Assembly: GCA_033762295.1 (NCBI GenBank)
Contig: JANRLW010000006.1
Location: 32,001-96,000, forward strand
DNA from: Capsulimonadales bacterium
GTDB lineage: Bacteria > Armatimonadota > Armatimonadia > Armatimonadales > Armatimonadaceae
DNA length: 64,000 bases
Reading direction: 5' to 3'
Shown here: piece after piece, positions 9,928-18,865 of the stretch
Numbering within the stretch: position 1 is the stretch's first letter
Layout: every line of letters starts with the position of its first letter
Position numbers and translations under genes: made by a program
The notes under the pieces: generated by a model
The model's database searches: none
What the model saw: the letters and a program-made list of their open reading frames with translations, nothing else
Told to the model about the DNA's origin: nothing

Positions 9928-11373
9928 ATGCTGTCGTATGCGGAGCGAGAGGAGCTCGAGCGGTCGATCGACGAGATCTGGCAGATCGCCCTCGATATGG
10001 GGTACGACCCCTACCCGATTCATTTTGAAGTGGTGCCGGTTCACGTCATTTACGAACTTGGCGCGTACGCCTTGCCGGCGCGCTTCTCCCACTGGACCTT
10101 CGGGCGGGACTACCATCGGCAGAAAACGTCCTATGAATACGGGTACAGCAAGATCTACGAGATCGTCTTTAACACCGATCCGTGTCAGGCGTTTCTGATG
10201 GATTCCAACTCGATGCTCAGCCACAAACTGGTGGTCGCCCATGTCATCGGGCACTGTCACTTTTTCAAGCACAACACCTATTTCGGACATACCGACCGGC
10301 GGATGGTGGAAAAGGTCCGGCTCCATCGGGATCGCATCGCGCAGTATGAAGAGGAGTTCGGATGGCGGGAGGTCGAGAATTTCCTGGATGCCGTGCTCTG
10401 CATCGATGAACATTTCGATCCGACCGCTCCGCTTCTGCGAAGTTTACCTCCGGGTTCGGTCGCCGGCAGAACGGACGGGCGCACCAGCGAATACGACGAT
10501 CTCTGGTCCCTGTTAACGCCGACCGAAAAACCCAAACCGCGGCAGCGGCGTTTCCCCGAAGAACCGGAAAAGGACCTGCTGCAGTTCCTTGCCCGATACG
10601 GGCGAGAACTCGAGGAGTGGCAGCGGGATATCGTTTCCATGGTCCGGGAGGAGATGCTTTACTTCCTGCCACAGATGCGGACGAAAATTATGAATGAAGG
10701 GTTTGCCTCGCTCGCTCACGAACGAATCCTGGAGAACTACCTCATCAAGCCGGAGGATATCTGGGAGTTTCGCCGTCTGCACTCCGGGGTGCTTTCCCCG
10801 TCGCCGTCGCCGGGGAGCATCAATCCGTACTATGTCGGCTTCCAGATCCTGAAGAATATCGAACGCCGGTGGGACGGCGTTCGGGACGAGGACGACGAAC
10901 CGGAGACCGACTGGCTCGGGAACGTAAAGAAACGTCCGCAGGGTGAGGGATGGAAAAAGGTGTTCGAGGTCTGCGAAGAGGAGAACGACGTGACGTTTCT
11001 ACGCAAGTACCTCACGCCCGAACTGGTCAAACGGCTCGATCTGTATACGTACAAGCGGGAGGAACGGGACGGAGAGGAGTTCTGGGTCGTTCAAACCACC
11101 GACTGGGAGAAGGTTCGCGACACGATGGTCGATGGCATGACCAACATGGGCGTTCCGATCATTCGTGTGGAGGATGCGGATTATCGCCGACACGGGGACC
11201 TGTTGCTGGTCCATGCTCATGATGGCAAGGACCTGGACATCGACTACACCGAAAAGACGATGCGTGCCATCCATCGCCTCTGGGGCCGACCGGTGCATCT
11301 GCAGACCCGACTCGATAACGGTGACGTTCGACTGACGTTCGACGGTGAGAAACATACCCAGGAACCGGTCTGA
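9928..11373 (+). CDS. spoVR: SpoVR/YcgB family protein
   Basis: RFSHWTFG, KIYEIVFN, AHVIGHCHFFKHN, TKIMNEGFAS, INPYYVG. Confidence 0.93.
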   Translation: MLSYAEREELERSIDEIWQIALDMGYDPYPIHFEVVPVHVIYELGAYALPARFSHWTFGRDYHRQKTSYEYGYSKIYEIVFNTDPCQAFLMDSNSMLSHKLVVAHVIGHCHFFKHNTYFGHTDRRMVEKVRLHRDRIAQYEEEFGWREVENFLDAVLCIDEHFDPTAPLLRSLPPGSVAGRTDGRTSEYDDLWSLLTPTEKPKPRQRRFPEEPEKDLLQFLARYGRELEEWQRDIVSMVREEMLYFLPQMRTKIMNEGFASLAHERILENYLIKPEDIWEFRRLHSGVLSPSPSPGSINPYYVGFQILKNIERRWDGVRDEDDEPETDWLGNVKKRPQGEGWKKVFEVCEEENDVTFLRKYLTPELVKRLDLYTYKREERDGEEFWVVQTTDWEKVRDTMVDGMTNMGVPIIRVEDADYRRHGDLLLVHAHDGKDLDIDYTEKTMRAIHRLWGRPVHLQTRLDNGDVRLTFDGEKHTQEPV

Positions 11374-11387
11374 GAGTCTCCGAGCGT

Positions 11388-11411
11388 CGTCCGCCCGTTG
11401 TCGGGCGGACG
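11388..11411. terminator. Hairpin between convergent spoVR and small ORF
   Basis: cgtccgcccg-ttgt-cgggcggacg perfect 10-bp stem. Confidence 0.6.
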
Positions 11412-11418
11412 TTCCGGC

Positions 11419-11520
11419 TCAGTGCAGGCCGGGAATCGGCACGGCGAAAAGTACCATCGCCAGCAGCACGGCGCACAGGACGATCAGAAAATGAAAGTCG
11501 CTTCTGCGAGGATGGACCAT
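11419..11520 (-). CDS. 33-aa single-TM small protein (not in ORF track)
   Basis: MVHPRRSDFHFLIVLCAVLLAMVLFAVPIPGLH*; AGGAG RBS upstream; candidate ECF promoter at 11560-11587; hairpin downstream. Confidence 0.6.
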   Translation of the reverse strand: MVHPRRSDFHFLIVLCAVLLAMVLFAVPIPGLH

Positions 11521-11559
11521 TGCGTATTCTCCTGTTCTCGTTGAGTGTGTGTTACGATT

Positions 11560-11587
11560 CGGACGGAACCGGTTCCGTTCGGGTTCC
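11560..11587 (-). promoter_or_regulatory. Candidate ECF-sigma promoter GGAACCC-N16-GTCCG
   Basis: Same spacing as the GGAACTT-N16-GTCCA element at the 3' end of the ECF sigma gene. Confidence 0.35.
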
Positions 11588-11620
11588 CATTGACCGGAAA
11601 GGATCGGACCGGAAAATCTT

Positions 11621-12844
11621 ATGCACTGTTCGCCCTGGGACGTGGCGCGCCGTTACGCGGAGGCATCGGAACGTCGGGTTATTGGCCTGATGTCAGGAAC
11701 GTCGGTGGATGGCGTCGATGCCGTTCTGATCAGCATCTCCGGTTGCGGTCGGGCGACGACGTTCCGTCAGGTCGCGTTTCATACCGAACCGTTTCCGCCT
11801 CGCCTGCGTTCGGAGATTCTGGGCCTGTCTCACGGCGACGGCAACGCCGAAACCGTCGCCCAGGCAAATGTCGCCCTGGCTCACCTTTTCGGGCAGGCGA
11901 TCGCCAGTTTGCTGCGGTCGATACCGGAGGAGGAACGCCATTTCGATCTGATCGCCAGCCACGGGCAGACCGTTTCGCACCGTCCTCCCGTTCCGACCTC
12001 CCAGCCCCTCACGTTCGGACGACATGGTGCCACGCTGCAGATCGGGGATGCGTCGTACCTGGCGCAACGCTGGGGGGTTCCCGTGATCGCCGATTTCCGC
12101 ATGGCCGATATGGCCGTGGGCGGTCAGGGGGCGCCGCTGGTTCCGTTCGCTGACTGGTGCCTGCTCACCCATCCCGAACGGTACCGGGCGGTTCAGAATA
12201 TCGGCGGAATCGCCAATGTCACTTACCTCCGCGCCGACGCCGCCCCGGAACAGTTGATCGGTTTCGACACCGGGCCGGGCAATATGCTGATCGATCGAGC
12301 GGTCGTCCACTTTACCCGGGGAGCCGCGACGTTCGACCGGAACGCCGCCTTCGCCCGAAAAGGGCGCATCCGGCATGACCTCCTGGAATACCTGCTGAAC
12401 GACCCCTTCCTTTTTCGATCGCCCCCAAAATCCGCCGGCCGGGAGGAGTTCGGTGACGGGTATTTCCGCCGACTGTTGCAGGCGTTGCCGCAGAGCGACA
12501 CATGGTTTCGGCCGGAATCGTTTCACGACGCGATCGCCACTCTGACCGCGTTCACCGCGTTCTCCATTATCGACGCCTACGAACGGTTTCTGCCACGGAT
12601 GCCCGACGAGGTGATTGTCGGGGGCGGCGGGTCCAGGAACCCGTTTCTCATGGATCTCCTGCGCGAACGGCTGGCTCCGGCGAGCGTCCTGACCCATGAG
12701 GAGGTAGGGATCGATAGCGATGCCAAGGAGGCGATCGCCTTCGCGCTTCTGGCGAACGAGACCATGCTTGGAAATCCGTCGAACCTTCCCTCGGTCACCG
12801 GTGCCTCCCGTTCGGTGTGCCTCGGGAAGATCGCCCTGCCCTGA
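11621..12844 (+). CDS. anmK: Anhydro-N-acetylmuramic acid kinase
   Basis: IGLMSGTSVDGVD, IASHGQTV, DMAVGGQGAPLVP, NIGGIANVT, FDTGPGN, KEAIAFA. Confidence 0.95.
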   Translation: MHCSPWDVARRYAEASERRVIGLMSGTSVDGVDAVLISISGCGRATTFRQVAFHTEPFPPRLRSEILGLSHGDGNAETVAQANVALAHLFGQAIASLLRSIPEEERHFDLIASHGQTVSHRPPVPTSQPLTFGRHGATLQIGDASYLAQRWGVPVIADFRMADMAVGGQGAPLVPFADWCLLTHPERYRAVQNIGGIANVTYLRADAAPEQLIGFDTGPGNMLIDRAVVHFTRGAATFDRNAAFARKGRIRHDLLEYLLNDPFLFRSPPKSAGREEFGDGYFRRLLQALPQSDTWFRPESFHDAIATLTAFTAFSIIDAYERFLPRMPDEVIVGGGGSRNPFLMDLLRERLAPASVLTHEEVGIDSDAKEAIAFALLANETMLGNPSNLPSVTGASRSVCLGKIALP

Positions 12845-12995
12845 TTTCGCTGCCGTTCGAAGGGTCCGCAGATATTGGCTCCGAAAAGCCCGGTAGGAAT
12901 CGCGGCGTATCCTTTTTCCTCTCCGCGTGTCGGATTTTCATCGGTAGTTACCGAACACAAACGGTTCGATGTACGCGCCACAGGAGGACTAGGTA

Positions 12996-14507
12996 TTGAA
13001 CTTTTTCGACGGGTCCATCCCGCCCGGAACGCTCGCGTTACTCGGGATCTGCCTGGCCATTGCCCTCGGCTTTGAGTTTGTCAACGGCTTTCACGACACC
13101 GCCAATGCCGTTGCGACGGTCATCTACACCAAATCCCTTCGACCGGGCGTCGCCGTCGTCTGGTCCGGCATCATGAATCTGATCGGCGTGTTGACCGGGG
13201 GAACGGCGGTCGCTTTCGGTATCGTTCACCTTCTCCCGGTCGATCTTCTTCTCAACATCGGTCAGACCGCCGGTCTGCTGATGGTTCTTTCCCTCCTTTT
13301 GTCCGCCATTCTCTGGAATATCGGGACCTGGTACTTCGGGTTACCGGCCTCCTCCTCTCACGCGCTGATCGGTTCGATCCTCGGCGTCGGGTTCGCCAGT
13401 TCCCTTCTCTCGGGCAATCCCGGGGCGGGAGTGAACTGGGACAAGGCGCAGCAAACCGGTCTGTCGCTTTTGATCTCTCCCCTGCTGGGGTTTGTGGCTG
13501 CGGGTCTCCTGCTTCTGCTGATGAAGGCGATCGTTCGTAATCCGAAACTGTATCAGGAGCCGGACGGGGATACGCCGCCGCCCTGGTGGATACGGGGGAT
13601 TCTTTTCCTGACCTGTACCGGCGTCAGTCTGTCGCATGGGTCAAACGACGGTCAGAAAGGGATCGGACTGATCATGCTGATCCTGATCGGTCTGTTGCCC
13701 GCGCAGTATGCCGTCAATCCGGCGCTCACGCCCGAACGAACGATCGCCGTTCTGTCGGCGGTTCGTGATGCCCGCACCGTTCTGGCGAGCTTTCCCGATG
13801 CCTCCGAGACGGACGCCAGGCTTGCCGAGGCGGAGGAGCGCCTAAAGGCGGGACCACCGATCCTTTCCCGTTCGGCGGAGGAGCGCAAGGCCGTCCGCGC
13901 CTCAGTTCTGACAGCCGATGATGCGCTTTCCCGGTACGTCAAGAAGCATGGCGCAACCCTCACCGAATCCCAGCGTACCGTGCTGAAAACCGCGAACAAA
14001 GCGATGCAGGGCGTCGTCGATTTCGTCGCGAACTGGGTCGTTTACGCCGTGGCGCTGGCGCTCGGGATCGGGACCACGGTTGGCTGGAAGCGGATCGTCG
14101 TCACCGTCGGCGAGAAAATCGGCAAAACGCACCTGACCTACGCCCAGGGGGCGGCGGCGGAACTCGTCGCGATGTGCACGATCCTGGCCGCCGACAAGCT
14201 GGGACTGCCGGTCAGCACCACTCATGTCCTGTCGTCCGGCGTCGCCGGGACGATGGCCGCGAACCGTTCCGGGCTTCAAACGTCCACCGTCCGCAATATC
14301 GCCCTCGCCTGGGTTCTGACCCTTCCGGTGACGATGCTGGTCTCCGGAACCCTGTTCGCGCTGACGGCCGGACCGATGATTCGCCAGTCCCCCCCGCCGC
14401 CCCCGGTGAAGCGGACGCGACAGGCGCCGCTCGCCACTCAAAAGGCCCCTTCCCCGGTTCCGCCGGGGAGGGAGATCGTTCAGAACGACTGGCCGAGAGA
14501 GACGTAG
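12996..14507 (+). CDS. pitA: PiT family inorganic phosphate transporter
   Basis: GFHDTANAVAT, SHGSNDGQK, GLPVSTTH; TTG start with AGGAGG RBS. Confidence 0.92.
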   Translation: MNFFDGSIPPGTLALLGICLAIALGFEFVNGFHDTANAVATVIYTKSLRPGVAVVWSGIMNLIGVLTGGTAVAFGIVHLLPVDLLLNIGQTAGLLMVLSLLLSAILWNIGTWYFGLPASSSHALIGSILGVGFASSLLSGNPGAGVNWDKAQQTGLSLLISPLLGFVAAGLLLLLMKAIVRNPKLYQEPDGDTPPPWWIRGILFLTCTGVSLSHGSNDGQKGIGLIMLILIGLLPAQYAVNPALTPERTIAVLSAVRDARTVLASFPDASETDARLAEAEERLKAGPPILSRSAEERKAVRASVLTADDALSRYVKKHGATLTESQRTVLKTANKAMQGVVDFVANWVVYAVALALGIGTTVGWKRIVVTVGEKIGKTHLTYAQGAAAELVAMCTILAADKLGLPVSTTHVLSSGVAGTMAANRSGLQTSTVRNIALAWVLTLPVTMLVSGTLFALTAGPMIRQSPPPPPVKRTRQAPLATQKAPSPVPPGREIVQNDWPRET

Positions 14508-16258
14508 GTTTGCAGGCGGGAACCGTAAGCGGCATCCAGTCGGATCGGACCGAATGGCGAGAAGAACCGGAGACCGAGTCCGACGGACCCTTTCAGGTCG
14601 TTGAACCCGACCGACTGCCCCGGTTCCCATGCCTGCCCCAGGTCGCTGAAGGCGACTGCCTGCAGCCCGGAACCGATAGGGATACGCAGTTCGGCGGTGG
14701 AAAGGGCGAACCGATCCCCACGAATCGAGAAAAGGTCGTATCCGCGCAGGAGGTCGAATCCTCCGAGAAAGAACTGTTCGGAAAGCGGAACATCCCCCTG
14801 AGAGTATCCGCCGAGGAGGCGAAGGGCGAACACCGGACCTGGCACGGTTCCCGAGCCGGATCTGCGTGGGGGCGGCGACAGGACGGGCGTGTACTGACGA
14901 AGATCCAGGGTCAGCTGGGTGAACGCCCGATTGCCACCGAAAACGGCTCCGGCGCGCTCCGCGATCAGTTCATGCCGGTAGCCACGACTGGGGGTTTCGG
15001 CGGAGTCACGTCCGTCGGCGATCAGGTCGATACCGACCGCGCCGACCGTCCCGGCGGACGTCCGCAGCGCCTCGATCGGCGGGTTGAGGTCGGTCGGAAC
15101 CGCGTCGTAACCGACGAGATCACGCCGCGCGGTGACGAACCCTTCCCAGTTTCCGGCAAACCGTCGGCCCAGGCGTCCACGAACCCCGCTTCGGCGTTCA
15201 TAACTGCGTACCGTTTCCCGGCCGCCGGCAAAAAACGGCAAAAAGACGGTATTCCGATTATAGAATTGGATTCCGACCCCGAGGCTGTTCTGGCCGAGAG
15301 TCGGAATTTCATAGGAGAAGCCGGCGGCGAACCGGCTGTTCGTCGCCCGTAGCGTTCCGTCGGAGGCGATCTGGGTCTGGGCCGTACGCTGCCATTCGAC
15401 GCCGATCCGATGGCCTGTGCCCAGCAGGTTGTTCTCGGAGAGATCGAGGAACCCGACGGCCCCGATATTGTCGGTGTAGCCGACGGTGGCCGCGACGTTC
15501 ACGGTCGGTTGGTCCCTGACGCGCACCACCAGATCGATTTCCCCGACATCCGCCGACGGCACCAGCGGGCCGGCGGGGACCGGCGCGGCAGCGGATTCGG
15601 TCGGTTCCGCCGACGGCGGAACGACGGGCGGATCGGCGGGAGACGACGTCGGGTTGGCGGGAGGAGACGTCGGGTCGGCGTCCGGATCGTTCGGGTTCTC
15701 TTCCGTCGGTCCTCCCGGCACCCTCGGGGCGATACTGATATCGGCGAAGATCCCGAGGCGGCTCAGGCGTAAACGCTCGTTCCGTATGGCGGTTTCATTG
15801 TAGACGTCCCCTTCTCCGATCGCGATCGCCCGGCGGATCGTCTGTGTACGGGTTCGGGTGTTTCCGCGAATGATTACCTTACGGATATTTCCTTCGGCGA
15901 TCGTCAGGCGCAGCGTTCCATCGGGTTCCGTCTCGGCATCGGTCACCTGGGCCATCACGTATCCCTTCGCGCGATACACCCCACGGACGGCTTCGACGAT
16001 GGCGCGCACCCCGGCGTCGCTTTTCGGATCGGACAGGGTTTCTCGTATCGCCCGGATCAGGTCGTCGGTGGAAAGCACCCGGTTTCCGGTAAATCGGACC
16101 TCGGTCACTCGAAGGAGCGGCGGAGCGGGTTCCTGAAAACCGGGAGCGATCGTGCGTGCGCCCGCTCCGTTGGCGATCCCTCCGATCACGGGCAGGAGCA
16201 GCAAGCGGAGCACGGAGCGCCGGGCCGAATTTGCGGCCGGAGCGAATGAAAGCGGCAT
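14480..16258 (-). CDS. Omp85/BamA-TamA family outer membrane protein with POTRA domains
   Basis: POTRA motifs (FTGNRVLS, YRAKGY, GNTRT, LSRLGIF), NLLGTG, FFLGGFDLLRGY, GLGLRFFSPFGPIRLD, C-terminal F. Confidence 0.9.
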   Translation of the reverse strand: MPLSFAPAANSARRSVLRLLLLPVIGGIANGAGARTIAPGFQEPAPPLLRVTEVRFTGNRVLSTDDLIRAIRETLSDPKSDAGVRAIVEAVRGVYRAKGYVMAQVTDAETEPDGTLRLTIAEGNIRKVIIRGNTRTRTQTIRRAIAIGEGDVYNETAIRNERLRLSRLGIFADISIAPRVPGGPTEENPNDPDADPTSPPANPTSSPADPPVVPPSAEPTESAAAPVPAGPLVPSADVGEIDLVVRVRDQPTVNVAATVGYTDNIGAVGFLDLSENNLLGTGHRIGVEWQRTAQTQIASDGTLRATNSRFAAGFSYEIPTLGQNSLGVGIQFYNRNTVFLPFFAGGRETVRSYERRSGVRGRLGRRFAGNWEGFVTARRDLVGYDAVPTDLNPPIEALRTSAGTVGAVGIDLIADGRDSAETPSRGYRHELIAERAGAVFGGNRAFTQLTLDLRQYTPVLSPPPRRSGSGTVPGPVFALRLLGGYSQGDVPLSEQFFLGGFDLLRGYDLFSIRGDRFALSTAELRIPIGSGLQAVAFSDLGQAWEPGQSVGFNDLKGSVGLGLRFFSPFGPIRLDAAYGSRLQTYVSLGQSF

Positions 16259-16274
16259 AACAACCCTTTCCGAG

Positions 16275-16703
16275 TTACGGATCGGAGCGTGCCTCGGACC
16301 CTTCCGGGGTCGGTTCCGGAATCTCGGACAGGATCGTATCGAGATGGGTATAGGCGGGCGCGCAACAGCAAAGGAAAACCAGGTCGACGGTTCCGATGTT
16401 TTGAATCGTGTGGACGGCGCCGGGTGGAATAGCGATGGCGTCCGAGGGACCGACATCCAACCTTTCCGTTCCGATTCTCATCTCTCCTTCTCCCTGCAGA
16501 ATATAGTATATCTCCTCGGAGACGGGATGGAAATGCGGTTCGGTCGCGCGTCCGGGAGGCAGGGTCGCCTCGGCGAGCGATTGCCGTCGAATGGCCCCCG
16601 GGTTCCGGCCGGGCGCGAGAATCTCTCGAATCAGGCTTCCGTCCCTGGTAACGAAGGGTTCGCACCGATCGCGGTTTCTCATAATGTCTGCTTGCTTAAG
16701 CAT
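16275..16703 (-). CDS. Cupin domain protein
   Basis: PHFHPVSEEIYYILQGEG...IPPGAVHTIQN. Confidence 0.88.
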   Translation of the reverse strand: MLKQADIMRNRDRCEPFVTRDGSLIREILAPGRNPGAIRRQSLAEATLPPGRATEPHFHPVSEEIYYILQGEGEMRIGTERLDVGPSDAIAIPPGAVHTIQNIGTVDLVFLCCCAPAYTHLDTILSEIPEPTPEGSEARSDP

Positions 16704-16839
16704 ACGAACTTCCCCTTGTTTTTTTCATTTAAATCAAATAAAATAGCTATCAACCATACAAAATTGGGTATATTTATGTATGGAAAAGCAGTATCATTTT
16801 AAGCGATACAAATTTACTGGAAAATATCTTTTAAAGGGG

Positions 16840-16868
16840 TTGCTAGTCTGTTAGCTTTGACCTATAAT
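16840..16868 (+). promoter_or_regulatory. sigma70-type promoter of the LexA-like gene
   Basis: TTGCTA-N17-TATAAT in an AT-rich intergenic region. Confidence 0.6.
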
Positions 16869-16974
16869 TTTAGCAATTCGGAAGACAACGTTGGGATATT
16901 TTACCCTCAAACACGGTTCAGCATGGAAATAGTGATCACTCGCAAATCCACAGAATTAGCCAAGGAAATTAGTT

Positions 16975-17595
16975 ATGGCAAAGGGACTGACGGAGAAGCA
17001 GCGTAAGATCCTTGAATTCATCATAGACTTCCAGCAGAACAACGGCTTCCCGCCGACCATCCGCGAACTCGGCGATGCGTTTCAGATCGGCAGCCTTCGG
17101 GGTGTGACGGTCCATCTCGATGCGCTGGTCCGCAAGGGATACATGACGCGGGAACGCACTTCCCGTTCCATTCGGGTGATCGGTCCGGACCCGCGCGATC
17201 CCGGTAACGCCCGCCGGTCGGACGCCACGATCCGGCTTCCGCTGGTGCGCTCCCTCGCCTCCATGCACGGACGCGAGATCGTTCCCGATAAGATCGCCGC
17301 CGACGGACAGGTGGAGGGGTACGTGACGGTGCCCGAAGAGGTCGCGGGAAGCGGTCTCGAGGGTGGTTTCGTGATACGGGTCGGCGCGACCGGGATCAAA
17401 AACGAACCGGTCCTTCCCGGCGACCTCCTGGTCGTTCGCCCGCAACGGTCCGCTCATATCGGCGAACTGGTCGTCACGTTCTCCCACGGTGACATGACCG
17501 TCCTTCGGGCGACCGAACAGGATATCCAGGAGAGCGGAATCGGCGGCGAACACGAAATCATCGGGCGCGTGGTGGCCCTGGTTCGGCGTTACTAA
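16975..17595 (+). CDS. LexA-like repressor lacking cleavage site and catalytic Ser/Lys
   Basis: LexA wHTH (LTEKQRKILEFI...GFPPTIREL...HLDALVRKGY); degenerate S24 domain. Confidence 0.85.
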   Translation: MAKGLTEKQRKILEFIIDFQQNNGFPPTIRELGDAFQIGSLRGVTVHLDALVRKGYMTRERTSRSIRVIGPDPRDPGNARRSDATIRLPLVRSLASMHGREIVPDKIAADGQVEGYVTVPEEVAGSGLEGGFVIRVGATGIKNEPVLPGDLLVVRPQRSAHIGELVVTFSHGDMTVLRATEQDIQESGIGGEHEIIGRVVALVRRY

Positions 17596-17691
17596 CCCAT
17601 TGACGCGGTCCATCAAGGCCGATAAAACGTCGAAAGCCGCTGTCCGGTGACGGACAGCGGTGCTACGCCTGCGAACCGTCGACCGCCGGGA

Positions 17692-17943
17692 TTATCCGCG
17701 GCGAGAAATCTCCCCCAAAACCGCCAGCACAAAGGCGGAAGCGAACCAGCCGATCGCAATATAGCGAGTATACTGGGACAGCATCTCGTCGAACCCGGCT
17801 TTACCCCGGAAACTTCCCCCCTGAGCGTTGGACACGCCGCCGGTGAACCCCTCGCTTTTTGGGGTCTGCATCATGACGACCGCGATCAACGCGATCGACA
17901 GCAAAAACAGTAACCCCGTCAGGATGCCGCTGAGAATGGCCAC
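17692..17943 (-). CDS. secG: Preprotein translocase subunit SecG
   Basis: Two TM helices, VVMMQTPKSEGFTGG linker; GTG start with AAGGAG RBS. Confidence 0.85.
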   Translation of the reverse strand: MAILSGILTGLLFLLSIALIAVVMMQTPKSEGFTGGVSNAQGGSFRGKAGFDEMLSQYTRYIAIGWFASAFVLAVLGEISRRG

Positions 17944-17948
17944 CTTCG

Positions 17949-18122
17949 TTATTTCTCCTTGGCGTCCGTCGCCGGTTCGGTGGTCGGTTCGTCGTTCACC
18001 GACTTCTTGAACTCGCGAATACCCTCGCCGAGGCTCTTGGCGAGTTTCGGAATATTGCTCGCGCCAAACAGCAAAACGCCGATCAGCACGACCCACAGCC
18101 ATTCATTGTTCATTCCGAACAT
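17949..18122 (-). CDS. tatA: Twin-arginine translocase TatA (57 aa, not in ORF track)
   Basis: MFGMNNEWLWVVLIGVLLFGASNIPKLAKSLGEGIREFKKSV. Confidence 0.9.
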   Translation of the reverse strand: MFGMNNEWLWVVLIGVLLFGASNIPKLAKSLGEGIREFKKSVNDEPTTEPATDAKEK

Positions 18123-18135
18123 AATTTCCGTCCCT

Positions 18136-18621
18136 TTACGTTGTTTGTGCGATTGCGGACGTTTCCGCCACGGCTTCCCCGGAGTATTTTGCCCGAGGGC
18201 GATCTTCCACGTCGGTTGATTCCGGCACGAAATCCCCCTCCGCCTCCTCGGTCCCGGACGGACCGGAGCGCAGGGCCGGCGGGCCGGGTGGCGCCGGCAA
18301 CGCCGGTTCCGCCAGATACGCCATATGCGCCTCCTCGTCCGAATCGGAGAGGTCGGTTCCCGATCCCAGCGCGGGCGGCGAATAGGTATAGGTCGGCGCG
18401 ACCGGTGTCGTCAGGTCCGGCAGGTCAAAGCGCGTATACTCGTCAATTTCCCCCAGAGCCCGGTTGACATCCCCGCGCAGGCGGTTCAACTCCCGGTAGG
18501 CCATCCCTATCTGTTTTCCGATTTCCGGCAGCTTTTCCGGACCGAAAATGATGAGGGCGAGGATGGCAATTACCGCGAGTTCCCCGGGGCCCACATTGAG
18601 AAATCCCAAAATCATGTGCAT
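18136..18621 (-). CDS. tatB: Twin-arginine translocase TatB-like subunit
   Basis: NVGPGELAVIAILALIIFGPEKLPEIGKQIG followed by a long low-complexity tail. Confidence 0.8.
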   Translation of the reverse strand: MHMILGFLNVGPGELAVIAILALIIFGPEKLPEIGKQIGMAYRELNRLRGDVNRALGEIDEYTRFDLPDLTTPVAPTYTYSPPALGSGTDLSDSDEEAHMAYLAEPALPAPPGPPALRSGPSGTEEAEGDFVPESTDVEDRPRAKYSGEAVAETSAIAQTT

Positions 18622-18681
18622 ACCGTTCCCCGATTATATCGCGAAAGGATCGTGCACACAATCGGACGCCACGCTTCCCTC

Positions 18682-18710
18682 TTGACATACGGGCGAATGT
18701 GACGTAAAAT
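18682..18710 (+). promoter_or_regulatory. sigma70-type promoter of tRNA-Leu
   Basis: TTGACA-N17-TAAAAT. Confidence 0.7.
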
Positions 18711-18746
18711 CACCCTGTTCGGCCACTTTGCCACAAAATCATCCTC

Positions 18747-18828
18747 GCCGAGATGGTGAAATCGGTAGACACGCCAGTTTCAGGAGCTGGTGCCGCAAGG
18801 CATAGGGGTTCGAGTCCCCTTCTCGGCA
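18747..18828 (+). tRNA. tRNA-Leu(CAG)
   Basis: GCCGAGA acceptor stem, D-loop TGGTGAAATCGGTAGAC, anticodon loop tt-CAG-ga, long variable arm, GGTTCGAGTCC T-arm; CCA not encoded. Confidence 0.95.
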
Positions 18829-18831
18829 TAC

Positions 18832-18865
18832 ACCGCCGCGCAAATCGCGCGGCGGTTTCGTTTTT
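18832..18865 (+). terminator. Rho-independent terminator after tRNA
   Basis: accgccgcgc-aaatc-gcgcggcggt followed by ttcgttttt. Confidence 0.75.

Noticed and set aside
18747..18865. tRNA-Leu as an island integration site
   Set aside because: No integrase and no duplicated tRNA 3' end seen; a terminator and host genes follow directly.
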